From Paraphysomonas bandaiensis (Eukaryota > Protista > Chrysophyceae), in NCBI GenBank assembly GCA_965644295.1, contig CBFFRP010000025.1, forward strand, positions 124,001 through 188,000: a stretch of DNA of 64,000 bases, in the 5' to 3' direction. Positions 12,917 to 25,160 of the stretch are shown here, piece by piece. Made by a program: the position numbers and the translations under genes. The notes under the pieces are model-generated. The model ran no database searches. It worked only from the letters and a program-made list of their open reading frames with translations, and was not told the origin of the DNA. The first letter of the stretch is position 1, and each line of letters opens with the position of its first letter.

Positions 12917-14941
12917 CTATTCGGGAATCGCAATTCCTTCTGACTCAGTCAATCTGTGATAAGCACTTTGAATTCGTTCTGTAATTGGCCTACGGCTATC
13001 CAAAGTAGTGGTGGAATTGTCATAGTATCCAATGGGGCGACCATCGATTGATGTGACTGGAGTTATCTCCCCCATTGTTCCGGTGGTAAATACTTCGTCT
13101 GCACTGTAAAACTCAGATAGAGAAATCCGCCTCTCAACAACAGGAGGAATGCCTTCCAATCCCGCAACAACGTCAATTACTGTTCGCCTCGTTATTCCTG
13201 AAATAATGACAAAAATGAAAAACTATCGTCGATAAGTATTTTCCAAACCTGGAAGACAGAAATCAGGACTGGGAGTTGAAACAACTTCTCCTTTAACTAT
13301 GAAAACGTTAGTGGCGTTGGTTTCACTCACGTAGCCATCAGGATCCAGCATTAGTGCATCCTCTGCGCCAGTTTGATTGGCTTGTATCTTGGGCAGAACT
13401 GTAAAAAACATACACAATGTAACGAACAACTACTACACCGCCTCACCACTTACTGTTATTGATCATGTTGCAATGGTGGATCTTGGAATCAATGCAATTA
13501 GGAGAGTTGCGACGCACTGTAGCTGAGGTTAGTTTTATACCCACATTATTGTCGTATGTAGCCGCGTTTCCAACAGGCTTCCACTCCGCTACGACTAGTA
13601 CCACACAACCGAAGATGTTAAAGATGGGGTTCATGCTCGACGTCACCTGCGCGCAATATATTAGTGAAGTGGAGAGAATTATCGTTATGCTCACTTTGGT
13701 TCCCCGGGAAAGAGTAACCCGAACATGTACGTCGGTCCTCATGTCATTCGCTAAATCCCATATCATAATTAGCTCTTTATAATAACGTTATTATAATACC
13801 TCGAAGTGTGTTGAAAATGGCGATGCGCAGGTAGTCTCTACTGGGCACACCTTCATATGCAAGTGCTCTCGCCGAGTCCATCAATCTATCAAGATGTTCC
13901 TCCATCTTAAACACCTTGCCGTCATATACACGCATGCCTTCCCACACCCCATCCCCCCCCTGTGCGAGTGAGTCAAAAACTGATACCTTGGCAAACTCCC
14001 GTGGCACCAAGCGATCTCCAACCCACACTAGAATGTCGGCGTTGCGAGGGTCTGTCAGAGAGTCTGCAGAAACAGAGTTTACCGCTCCTGGACTATGTGA
14101 AAGTCCACGAGAGAACACATCTTGACCTATCGCATGAACTCTCAAAAGCTCGTAAAAGTGCAAGGATTCTCGGTAAAGGTCCATCTGAGAGGACGTGATT
14201 GCTGAATACAAAGTATCAACTCCATCAGTGCAATCAGAAAATCCAGATGTCTTGTGAACTCCATCATACCAAAATGATGCCCACATACTATATAAATATA
14301 AGTTATACAAAAATATATGCTTTGTCATGTATATACCCATCACAAGACTTGGGTCCAGGTGGCCAGCTGAGTTGCTCCGTAAAAAACGGTATATTTAGTC
14401 GAGTGCACATTTCAGAAAGTACATTCTGTGCATCCCGCTTCAGTAACCCCGCATCGACAACAAGAGGAGGGTTTCCTGTATGTTTGCGTAGTGCCATAAA
14501 CAGTTGCACAAGTTGAAACATATTCGTTGGATCATTTTCCGCTTCATTATGAATCGCTTCTTTTCGATTCCAAGACATGATAATTTCTAATGGATTCCTG
14601 ATTAGAATGACATGCTTAGATCCAGATGAGCATAACAGACTCATATCAATATCACTCGTAAACTGCTTTACTATATGCTTCACGTAGACTAGTTTCTCCC
14701 CATTCGCCTCCTCATTCAGTTTTGTCAGTACCTCATTCTCGTTTTCAGTTTCAAGTGTCATTTGATGTCTATAGGGACGATAAGAGCTCGCATGTTTCTT
14801 TAAGTAATGGGAATAAAGAGGCTCATCGACTGCTTTACAGTCTGGTCGTTGAAAGAAAGAGTACATTAGTGCTGTGGAGAGACTACGAGGACCCGACCAT
14901 ACGTGAATTATACGTGTGGGAGTGCAGCCTTCCTCTGACAT
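12917..14941 (-). CDS. Sulfotransferase-like P-loop domain fused to class IV (branched-chain type) PLP aminotransferase; plant BCAT-like/bacterial fusion architecture; multi-exon
   Basis: N-terminus WSGPRSLSTALMYSF..DEPLY..KHIVKQ..LIRNP..LSWPPGPK; C-terminus AKVSVFDS..QGGDGVWEGMRVY, HLDRL, DSKIHHCNMINN, DGYVSETNATNVF, CLPGITR, ADEVFTTGTMGEITPV. Confidence 0.9.
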
Positions 14942-15435
14942 TGTTAGATATGTGTATCTATATGGACTGCGTATATAGAAGCACGAACAACAAACAGGCT
15001 GTGAGTATACGAATATACGGAGTGCTTGTGAGACTTTCACTTCTAAAGACTTCGAAGTACTTGAGTTTCATGTGTATCACATAGCAGCACAGTATTCCTC
15101 AATACTCTATACTGGATGCTGTATATGTTACTGACGTAGAATCTGTGTGTGGGATTCGCAGAAATCTTTCCGGAAGTGTGATGTGGAATACTGATTATAG
15201 TGGAGTTTTTATTGAGTAAACCACAGTTTACAGACATAAAATGGAGGATTTTGAGGTTTCGAGGGCCCATTCTACACTGCAGCAGTGTACGAGGGCGGTG
15301 TGTATGTTCGGTGAAGAAGTGAAGAGCTCTCATGCATTGCAGAGAACGAAGTCATTACCAGCTCGCTGGTGTGTAGACTGCATGGTTGCTGTCGCGTTGG
15401 TAATACACAGTTTATTATCTTTAGTTTACGTCGCA

Positions 15436-17181
15436 ATGGCATCGAAACATGTATCAAAACCACTAGATGTAGTGTCAAGATACCACATTGAAACAAAGCA
15501 TCATTTCAATCGACACAGCCGATCGCTTGGGTACTTGGATTGGGCAACGCAGCCTTCTCCGTGGCGAAGATATACTAATGCTAAGCTTGTAGAGCTACCG
15601 TTTTCATACAATGAAGATAGGTCTCCGCCGTATCATCAGCTATATACAAGAAGATCACTGTCCCCTCAACCGCTATCTATCTCCACAATGTCTAAATTCC
15701 TTGAACTTGCACTTGGGCTCACTTCATGGAAGAAAGCTGGACAGTCAATGTGGGCTTTGCGCAGTAACCCATCGTCTGGCAATCTCCATCCGACAGAAGG
15801 GTATGTAATTCTTCCGAGTTCTTCTTTTGCCGATGCCGGGCTTTACCACTATGCCCCTAAGGAACATGGACTTGAACTACGTGCAAAATTCAATCATGAA
15901 GATGTTATACAACTTCTATCCAGTTTTCCAGCAGGGGCGTTTATTATGGGGCTTACGTCTGTTCACTGGAGAGAGGCTTGGAAGTATGGAGAACGGGCCT
16001 TTCGTTACTGTAATCACGACGTCGGGCATGCCATTGCTTCCATACGTTTGTCAGCTGCAAGTTTCGGGTGGAAAGCGCTGATTTTAGATAGCAATAGTGA
16101 ATTTGACGTAGGGAAATTACTGGGAACCTCAAGAGCACAGGACTACTACAATGATGAAAGAGATCACCCAGATTGTCTGATGGTTGTGTGGCCAATGCAA
16201 TCTGAGAGGGACAGTGTGGCTCTTCCCCTACATTTAAGCTCGGCTGCAGTAGACAGCGTAATTGATGGTGCAGTGTGGTCGGGAATGACTAATCGTCTGA
16301 GCCGGAAGCACGAGATCGACTGGGACATTATAGAAGACGTAGCTCTGGCCACCAGCAAAAATACATCTGATCATTCTTTTCATACCACTCCTCTGTCTGT
16401 GAGAAAAGATGACGTCGCATCAGAACAATGTGATAGAAATGAGTCTTCCCAAACCGCTGCTAAGATTTTTAGACAGAGAAGAAGTGCAGTAAACTTTGAC
16501 GGCCGGTCCTATATGCCTTTCGAAACATTTTGCAGAATTTTGTATCGCGCTTTACCTAGCGATGAATTACCCGTATGGGATGTATGGCCTTACCGCCCCA
16601 CCGTCCACTTGGCGATATTTGTGCACAGAGTACATGGGCTTCAGCCTGGACTCTATTTTTTGCCCCGTGGCAACGGATCTATTGAGGAAATCATGGCAGC
16701 AATGTCGTCACGTTCGTTTGAATGGTCCTCTGTATCGACTCCGCCCGATAACGAACTCCCTCTCTATCGACTTCACACAGGGGATCTACGTGGCCTAGCG
16801 AAACGAGTTAGTTGTAACCAAGATATCGCAGCAGATAGCGCATTTTCCCTTGGAATGATTGCTGAATTCTCATCGCACTTGGAGTTAAAAGGACCATGGT
16901 GGTATAAACGTATGTTTTGGTAAGTATTCCCGACATAATAAAAAAGATTCACTTTCGTTTTATGCAGGGAGGCTGGAATTATTGGTCACATGCTGTACGT
17001 TGAATCCGAGGCGATGGGATTTAGGTCAACAGGAATTGGGTGCTTTTACGATGACGCTGTGCATGATATACTGGGGCTGTCAGATTTAAGTTATCAGTCA
17101 TTATATCATTTTACAGTAGGCGTTCCAGTGGAAGATACAAGGGTAATGTCGCTACCACCTTATCATCATTTAAGTCGGTAG
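15436..17181 (+). CDS. SagB/ThcOx-family (nitroreductase-fold) flavoprotein with two domains; one intron 16920-16967
   Basis: YHIETKHH, LDWATQPSPWRRY, LRSNPSSGNLHPTEGY, WREAWKYGERAFRYCNHDVGHA, RQRRSA, SCNQDIAADS; spliced MFWEAGIIGHMLYVESEA..TGIGCFYDD..LYHFTVG. Confidence 0.9.
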
Positions 17182-17930
17182 TCCACTGTACACTTTATTA
17201 GTATCTTGTGTATTATACATCATTTGCTTAGTATATACAAGTACGTATACTAAATAATCTCTCCAGTATTATTGATCTAGAATATTCGTAGCACTCCAAT
17301 ATGTGAGATATAAATTGCTAGAAATAGTAGAGACCATTGCGTGAAAAGAAGCTTGACTATACAGTCGAAAGCGGACTACCAATTAAAACTGGCCTCGTTG
17401 CAATATTCTTGTGTTGTTATTAACCCTATGTTGCTGAAATATTGCTGCAAGCTACAATGAATATACCCAGACACAGTTGCTTTGTACAACAAGGGACCTT
17501 CTCTAATATTAAGAAGCACCTTGAAAGGACTCTCTTTAGGTAACGTCATATCAGCAGACAGCTAATCTTCATAACTAACTTCTAATCGGACTATAGACGA
17601 TGCAATATCTTTCCCTCTCTTCTCATTGTGTGAGTGTCCATTGCAGCTGAGAGTGTATTATTGGGACAAACGGACCAACGTATTGATGGAATACAAAGAG
17701 TACGTAGTGTCAGAAATACGGTTGACATACTAGTAGTCTCCTGTAGTCTGCTCTGTGTGTGGCTGTTGGAAAATCTGATGAGTGACGTATAGAGCCCATG
17801 TCCATATGTATGGATACTCCTCAGTTACATGTCTAGATGAGGGAACATCATGCACGTCGCTGTTCTCTTGTAGTGTGGTCTCAAATAACTATCACTTCTA
17901 ACTTATTCAAGCATCTGACAGATAAAAATA

Positions 17931-18521
17931 ATGGTTTTCAGGATTGTTGGCGCCGTGTTAGTGTCTCTCTCTCTGGTGAGTGCTGTGGATATCAGCCAAG
18001 AGACTGCAGGGAACGCATGGGAATTTAAATCCGATGGTGTGATTCTGGAGGGACTAAACTCCTCATCGACATCTTATGGGTGGACGGAGTACAAGCAATG
18101 TGACAGTCGTTGGGCTAATGAGCAGCTAGGAACTTGCTCTGGTACCACCATTTGCTCTGCTGGATGTGCCATGACATCCGTTGCTATGATACTTCACACT
18201 AAGGGATCAGGCAAGGACCCTTCTTCCTTAAACAAGTGGCTCAAGAATAATGGTGGCTATTCTGGTGGATGCAACATATACTGGGGAAGTGTTGATGCCC
18301 TTGGCTACACCACGTTTATGGGAAAGCAAAAGGCTTCTGAGTCAGAGATATGCAATGGGCTCGCCAAAGGGCACGGCATTGTGGCCAACGTGCACGGTGG
18401 ATCTCACTGGGTACTACTAACTGCCTGTAAGGGCAACGGTGTCTACTATGTCAACGACCCCGGGTACAGCACCACTACATATAAGCACTCTGATATATTG
18501 GAGGAGGCCGTATATCATTAA
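17931..18521 (+). CDS. Secreted papain-fold peptidase, C39-like family; intronless
   Basis: Signal peptide MVFRIVGAVLVSLSLVSA; YKQCDSRW (oxyanion Gln), GCAMTS (Cys), HWVLL (His), VNDPG (Asp). Confidence 0.8.
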   Translation: MVFRIVGAVLVSLSLVSAVDISQETAGNAWEFKSDGVILEGLNSSSTSYGWTEYKQCDSRWANEQLGTCSGTTICSAGCAMTSVAMILHTKGSGKDPSSLNKWLKNNGGYSGGCNIYWGSVDALGYTTFMGKQKASESEICNGLAKGHGIVANVHGGSHWVLLTACKGNGVYYVNDPGYSTTTYKHSDILEEAVYH

Positions 18522-18799
18522 GTGCTTAAAATATAATGTATGCTTTCCAGCGCTGCGGTTATTGAATGAACTCATATTGACTGATACAAGAGTGAAGTTC
18601 TCCACTATATATTAATACTATGCTATTATTGAGGAGTCTTTAGTTGCGCCACGTCATATGCTTGTTTTATCACACCATGGCGATTGATTGCATCCTCCAT
18701 GACGCTGAAGTTCCATGTATCGAAAAACTGAAACTGGATGTCTGCATTTGATCCGTTTATGTCATCAATAATAATATATTGTGTTTTTTTGTTACCTTT

Positions 18800-19187
18800 A
18801 TTTTCTACAGTTTTAGGAATGTGGGGAGAAGTTGTCCTTTTCGATTTGTGGATGTGGATAGATCTTGTGAATTAGATCTGCTGTTAGAGCTGTAGTTCTA
18901 AGGTACTGGAATTATGACCGTTAGTCGAAGAATACAGTAGTGGTTAACAGTATTATGAGAAGTAACAACATGATGGCTACTGTAGTAATGAAACTGAATA
19001 TAAGATAGTGATCATACAAGATAGTGACGATGTAGGATCGTACGAGAAATGATTGGTCGTAGAGAGTAGAGATAACATGAAATTGATGAATGAGAAGAGA
19101 TATTGATTATAATTTTATAATAAGCTTAATGAGCGAATACACGTCCAGTTAACTTAGTAAATCATCCAATTGCGTCATAACTTGACA
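18800..19187. repeat. Dispersed repeat copy homologous to 61925-62230
   Basis: Collinear near-identity from ATACAGTAGTGGTTAACAGTATTATGAGA through GTCATAACTTGACAG; weaker similarity from about 18800. Confidence 0.85.
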
Positions 19188-19656
19188 GAAACTAATACAC
19201 AATCGTAACCAACATCTATCATACAAGATCAACAACAAGTAGAAGAGCACATACATGAATTAATACCAGGGATGTTTATAAATTATACCAGGGAAGGAAC
19301 TAAGTGCATTGTATTTATAGTATATACTCTTTGGTATTCAAACAAGTAACACGAACAACAATATGCAATATGTAGAGCTATGATAGAGTGATAGAGGATA
19401 GAGCGCTAAAAGATTTTTTAGTGTCCATAGTAAAACAATTATCCTTATTGCCTGTATCGAAAATTTGGAGTTTATAACTTCTCCTTACAGTTAAAACATC
19501 TTTAATACAATAATTTTACACGGGTATTGAAGAATGGCAGTTGGCATTCAAGACGTCACAAATACATTTCAGCATGATTCATAGTTTACATCAACACCTG
19601 ATATTACTAGCTAGTTATGTTATTTACAATAAATCCAGTGCAAGAGAAAATAAAGC

Positions 19657-21006
19657 CTATGAAACTTGCCCTTTTTCCTCATCGATGGGGTCGTAAACCA
19701 TCGCCAGACTGATGCCCCAATTACAGACTAGACAAGAGCAACATGGCTTCCTCTTTATGCTCTCGACCTGATCAACGTCACGGACAAACTGCCCGTTTCC
19801 ATCTATATTCCCACTTTCCTCCGATGCTGCAGTTTCAGAATGAAGAGGTGACACCGTTGTTCCATTAGAATTAAACTTCGTCCCCGTAGAATGAGCGTCG
19901 ATCTGTGGTAAACTCCCTGGGATGGAATGCTCCACCACTACTGCATGTAGTTTTTGTAAGGCCTCTCGCTCTTCTTTCAGTCGAAGTGCCTCCGCCTCCT
20001 GTTCTGCCAAAGCCTTTTGTCTTGCCACTTCCGCTTGCTCAATTTTTTCCTGTAGCTTGGTCAACTCCTCGGTCTCAGCTTGTATACTGGCAAGAATTTC
20101 CCGTTCCATCAGCAATCTCTCCGTTGGAACCTTGTCCGGATTCTTGCTCTCTCCACTTACCAAAGAGTCCGTGAAAGTGAGTCCAGATGCAATAGTAGAG
20201 TCATCTTTCTCTGGACTATTGGCCTGGGGCTCAGTCAACGTGCCTTCCATCTGTCCAATGCTGCTGCTACTCGATGCGATACCGCTTCGCGATGAAAGTA
20301 CACTATATCTACGCAAGAGCTGCACATCTTCATCTTTCATAAACAGCCACGTTTTGAATTCACGAGCAGTCACGACACCATCACAATTAGAATCCATCGT
20401 CGTGAGTATACTATCAACAGTAGCGCGCGGTAGCTCTTCACCAAGTTCACACATTACCATGCGTGGTAAGGCCTTCCTCAGAGTACGCACACTGATCATG
20501 GATCCTCGAACTAGTGGTGCATTTACTTGTCTAGAAAATGCCTCTAATAGAAATAAATCGTCATTGGAAGACTTTGAGGATCGTGCTATAATTTTTCGTC
20601 CAATTGCATCAACAATAGTTTGGCGCACTAACTGTGCGACAAAATCTAAGTCTCGGTTACTGCATTCGTTCGGCCACAAAAACTCACAAAGATATGAATA
20701 AGATACGGATCCAGTACGATTTATGTCAACTTGTTGAAGTAAAAGGGAAATAAATTTCGCAGCATTGATTTTAACATCTTCTTCTACTATAAACGGGGAC
20801 AAATTCAGACTAGTAAGAAATTTTTTCAACTCAGCTGTCGTTATTACACAGCTATCGCCCTCACTTTTCTTCGGGAATATCGAGCGCAGATATTCTCGAT
20901 GACTTACAGTCATACTGTCTCTTCTTGCTAACAAAGCGCGACGAAATACTCGAGCAAACACAGAGTGAGATGATCTCGTATCAGATGCATGCTCACGAAC
21001 CGACAT
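19657..21006 (-). CDS. EF-hand protein with C-terminal coiled coil
   Basis: EF-hand-like loops DINRTGSVSYSYL and DSNCDGVVTAREF; coiled-coil segment; 449-aa intronless ORF. Confidence 0.75.
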   Translation of the reverse strand: MSVREHASDTRSSHSVFARVFRRALLARRDSMTVSHREYLRSIFPKKSEGDSCVITTAELKKFLTSLNLSPFIVEEDVKINAAKFISLLLQQVDINRTGSVSYSYLCEFLWPNECSNRDLDFVAQLVRQTIVDAIGRKIIARSSKSSNDDLFLLEAFSRQVNAPLVRGSMISVRTLRKALPRMVMCELGEELPRATVDSILTTMDSNCDGVVTAREFKTWLFMKDEDVQLLRRYSVLSSRSGIASSSSSIGQMEGTLTEPQANSPEKDDSTIASGLTFTDSLVSGESKNPDKVPTERLLMEREILASIQAETEELTKLQEKIEQAEVARQKALAEQEAEALRLKEEREALQKLHAVVVEHSIPGSLPQIDAHSTGTKFNSNGTTVSPLHSETAASEESGNIDGNGQFVRDVDQVESIKRKPCCSCLVCNWGISLAMVYDPIDEEKGQVS

Positions 21007-21805
21007 GCCCCCCCTACCCTCGCCAAAACACTATCTAAGTGCTGCAATTTCAATGATTTTGTGCCCTCTAATAGACGCAGTAGCTCTAGGTATCACTGGA
21101 AGAGGAGGTGGAATGATATTAATCGAGTAAACGGAATATATATGCATGCCATTGACGTTAAACATGGCAAGAAGAGTTGCAAGGTGAGGTGATGATTTCA
21201 ACGTTTAGTGATAAAACCCCAAATATGCAGATATAAATCGGTGGTTTTATGTAGATAGTGGAAATACTAGTCGAAAATTCAATTCTTCGTGTCAGAAACG
21301 GAATATAAGAACAATGCGACTGGTAGAGTCTAGAAAGCAGCTGTATTGAAGCATATACTGCTGTACATCAGTCCGTACAGTCACACAGTCATACTGTCAT
21401 ACAGTCATACTGTCCATTTTAGCAGTGGACGAAATCTGCGAATTGGACAATTCTTCAGTGAGGTGCCGTACACACACCTCTAGACGCACCTGTGCATATA
21501 TGTAGCTATATGGTATACCCATCCACGTGTATGTCCCCATGAACAGAATACTATTCGATTAGGGTTAGAGCAGCTCTTGTTGTTCCATGGTATATGAAAC
21601 GTCTCCACTGCAAAGCTCATCCCACGTGGCAGGTGTTGCAGCTATAGATCAGCAGCGTTACTGTGAAGCCCATCACTATCACATCATGCTACTAGTGTAC
21701 TTTACTCGTGTACGTATGAGACACCAGCTCGACATGCATTAGAATGAAGCAAACATATCGGGAAGGAGCCTGTACGCTTCTCGACAGACTGACAGTTTTT
21801 ACGTT

Positions 21806-23113
21806 GACAGAATGACGCGTATGAACGAATGCTTATGCTTAGCTCAAAGTAGGATACATCACTGACACTATCTACATGTAGATATGATTCTTATTCATGA
21901 AGGCGCTGTTAGGGAAAGTTACGCTATGTAATCATTGCTGCCAGTAGTTACTTATACTTCTAATATATTTTTAAGGGGTAGTGTACATTGTACATTGTAT
22001 TCTTCTGACAACAGCATCACTAGAACTTCACTGCGCACACACACCTTACGCTCCACCTCCTCGAAAACCTCCGGACAAGCTATCTCCTCTCCTTTCGTCT
22101 CTGATACTTTGCCATCACCTCTCTTCCACACACCCTATACCTCAGCCTGTACCCCATGCACTATCACAGAGACCAAGAGCAGCCGAGAACGTCCTAGTCT
22201 CTCCTCACAATAATGCCCATCTTGTGCATAGATCTATCAGAGTACTTGACCTTGGTGACCCTTGTTCTGTTGCGTAGTCCTACATTCCTCAATCAGATAT
22301 TGGAGTCCTCTGTTGCTGGATACACCGGAGAACCCTCGTATCCCACCTATGTCCAACTACACACTCTCTTCCATGTTGTGTTTCTGCTACTGGCTAATAG
22401 AGCAAAAGAGCCGCTTTCGACGCTTTTTCAAGACCTTCATCCTTATACCTCCGAGCCACTTGGCACAATGCAAAAGGGAAGGCCACCAGGTCGCCGAACT
22501 CAGATGGGTATATTGCTGCTTCCCCAGGTTGATGTGACGAACATAAAGCAGTCCCAGATGCAAATTTTATGCAATGTGTGTGTAGTCTTAAGCGTTACAG
22601 TGTGGTAGTAGTTGACTTAGATCACTCACTGCTTTTGTCATGCTGTACGTTGTACAACGTCTCTACATACACATCTATCATAAGATAGCGAAAATGGTCG
22701 CACATTGGTGCTTGCGGCGATGCACAGGCAATTCTCGTAGCGTTAAATAGAAGGATATAAGAGTTTTACACTAGTTAGTAATAGGTAGATGCTTATCTAC
22801 TTCTATAGCTTGACTAGTTTTCATCTAGCTACTAAGCTGTAAGCTGGTGCAGATTTTTAACGCCAATAGCTAATAATATGACTTTCAATACACCGACAGA
22901 ATGACGCGTATGAACGAATGCTTATGCTTAGCTCAAAGTAGGATACATCATTGACACTATCTATATGTAGATATGATTCTTATTCATGAAGGCGCTGTTA
23001 GGAAAAGTTACGCTATGTAATCGTTGTTGCCAGGAGTTACTTATACTTCTAATATATTTTTAAGGGGTAGTGTACATTGTATTCTTCTGACAACAGCATC
23101 ACTAGAACTTCAC
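21806..23113. repeat. Pair of ~225-bp direct repeats (about 21806-22032 and 22895-23113) flanking an ~860-bp insert
   Basis: GACAGAATGACGCGTATG...CACTAGAACTTCACT occurs twice, differing by a few substitutions and one 7-bp TACATTG indel. Confidence 0.92.
22690..22880 (+). repeat. Copy of the dispersed repeat (possible non-LTR retroelement relic)
   Basis: TGGTCGCACATTGGTGCTTGCGGCGATGCACAGGCA..TTGACTAGTTTTCATCTAGCTAC..GCTAATAATA matches 53381-53450 and the reverse complement of 61545-61715. Confidence 0.8.
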
Positions 23114-23393
23114 TACATTGTGAAGTTCGTACACAGCTGTTAGTATCACGAAGACATAGTTCCGATTTCTTTACAAGAGATGAAAGTTACTAAAATTTAT
23201 TGCATACTCCAGTAGTGTTGTTTCAAGCATATACCAATATGAGCACGTTATATAACTACTTCCGATAAACACTTAGAAATGAAAGTAGTGATGCAATGAA
23301 TGTAGATATAACTGCGTACAAAGAGAACGCAACTGAAATCACTCGAAACAATACCCGTCTCGGTACAAAGATCAAAACAACCAACTGCTTCTG

Positions 23394-25160
23394 TTACATT
23401 GCACTATCAGAGTCCTCTGCGTCGTCAAACAGAGCCCTATTATTAATCATATGTCGTACTTGTGTGAGGGGTTCATTTATTCGTTCATAATAGGGGTGTG
23501 ACTTCCCAACGCTTTGTGCCACCATGTCAAGAGCTTCAGAATACTCACGCTCAGCCTCACTTAGAGCACCAGACATCATATGTACCCTGGCAAGATTGCT
23601 CTTTACAACAGCAATGTCACCTGGCCCAGATCCTAGAGCTGAACGAATAGCAATGGAACGAACAAAGCAGTCCCGAGCCAAATTGAACTCTTCCCGAGAA
23701 GTGTATATGCTGCCAAGATTATTGAGGGCTATCGCCACATCCTTGTTAATAAGTAAAGCTTCTCCAGTTATAGGATCCACAACTTCCACCTCTTCTGCCC
23801 CTCCCCTTTCTTCTTCATCCACATATTCGTCAAAATCTTCGTCTCTTGTGTCGTCTTCTCCTTTATTCGCCATTGCATCAGCTCGGGCGGCTATCTCATC
23901 GCGCGCCATTGCTTCCGCGATACTTACCAGCTGCTCAAACATTAATACAGTTTCATCATCTGTGCGTTGATTCTGAAAACGCATGTGCGCAAGTGATTGG
24001 ATTGACTGTGCGAGTTTAGCACGTGTATCTACTCCTCCTTGCTGGAATCTATTTGACTCATCACCCGTTTTCTTGCTGTCCAAAATATCCACAACCATCT
24101 GTCGGTATTTAATAGAAGCCAAGCGGTGTTTTTCAACATGTTCAATGGGATTCGATATCTCTTCGTAATTACTTTCTGTTTCGGTTTCTTCGTACTCATC
24201 AAACTCGGGAGAAGTGTCCCATCTTTTACCTAGTAGTCCCTGTCCAGTTTCTTGTTCCTCCATCTCACGGTGCCAAATAGAAGCAAGGATATGGTGAATT
24301 TCACCTAGTGCAATGGCCGCATCTAGTTCCGCTTCAGATATCTCTTTCTCCCAGGCGTCGATATCCAACGTTTCACCATCATCAGACTGCTGAGAGAGCT
24401 TCGCCGCTACCTCCTGTCGCTCAGTGGCAGTCTCTTGCAATGCCTCTTCGAGCCACTCCTTGTACTGATCGCATCTTAGCATCGCAGCCTCTACATCGCC
24501 CATCTGCAGATACAACGATATTATGTTTATCCCTACAGACACAGTGTCGGGGTGGGTGGATCCGAGGTTGGTATTAAATATGGTCTCGATATGCGACAAG
24601 TGCATTATACTGTCCCGCATTTGTCCAAGCTCTGCATATGCCTGCGCTAAATACTTCAACGGCAAAACTGCTACAAGACTAGATTGTCCCACAGCACTTC
24701 CCACAACGGACAAAGTCTGTTCAGCGATTTGGATAGTTTCCTTGAAATAACCAGCACTTAAATATGCCGAAGAAAGGTCATTAGCGGCCAAAATCAGTTC
24801 CTGGGCTGCTCCTTCTGCCGATACTTTATATTTCTCAATCGCAACACGGAGATTATTCGTTAATTCCACTATTTCCGAATGAGATTCAGCACCATGAATA
24901 TCACTCGCCATCATATTCATATTCTCGACAGTATCGTCAGCACTGCCTCTAGGGTACGGGGCTTGACCTGAGCCCAGCTGTGAGGAGGTCTTGCTATTAC
25001 CTGTAACCGCAAGCAGACATATTGCGACTATTGCAACTATGACACCAACCACTGGACGAATAAGAGGCAAAGTTAGACGGTAATGCTACAGTCCTGTCCA
25101 CTTACCTATATAGACACCGTTCGTCTGCTTCGGAGACTTCTTCGGGCTCTTTCTTGCCAT
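23394..25160 (-). CDS. TPR (kinesin-light-chain-like) repeat protein with N-terminal membrane anchor; intron 25105-25052
   Basis: Exon 1 MARKSPKKSPKQTNGVYI splices to VVGVIVAIVAICLLAV (TM). TPR motifs LGSTHPDT, VAIALNNLGSIY, VVKSNLARVH, VGKSHPY. Confidence 0.8.

Noticed and set aside
12917-18521. Complete RiPP (azole peptide) biosynthetic cluster
   Set aside because: No YcaO cyclodehydratase, precursor peptide or ABC exporter; kept only as a weak cluster hypothesis.
21423-21610. CAGTGG..CCACTG possible hAT MITE
   Set aside because: The inverted match is only about 7 bp and the flanking 8-mers do not match.
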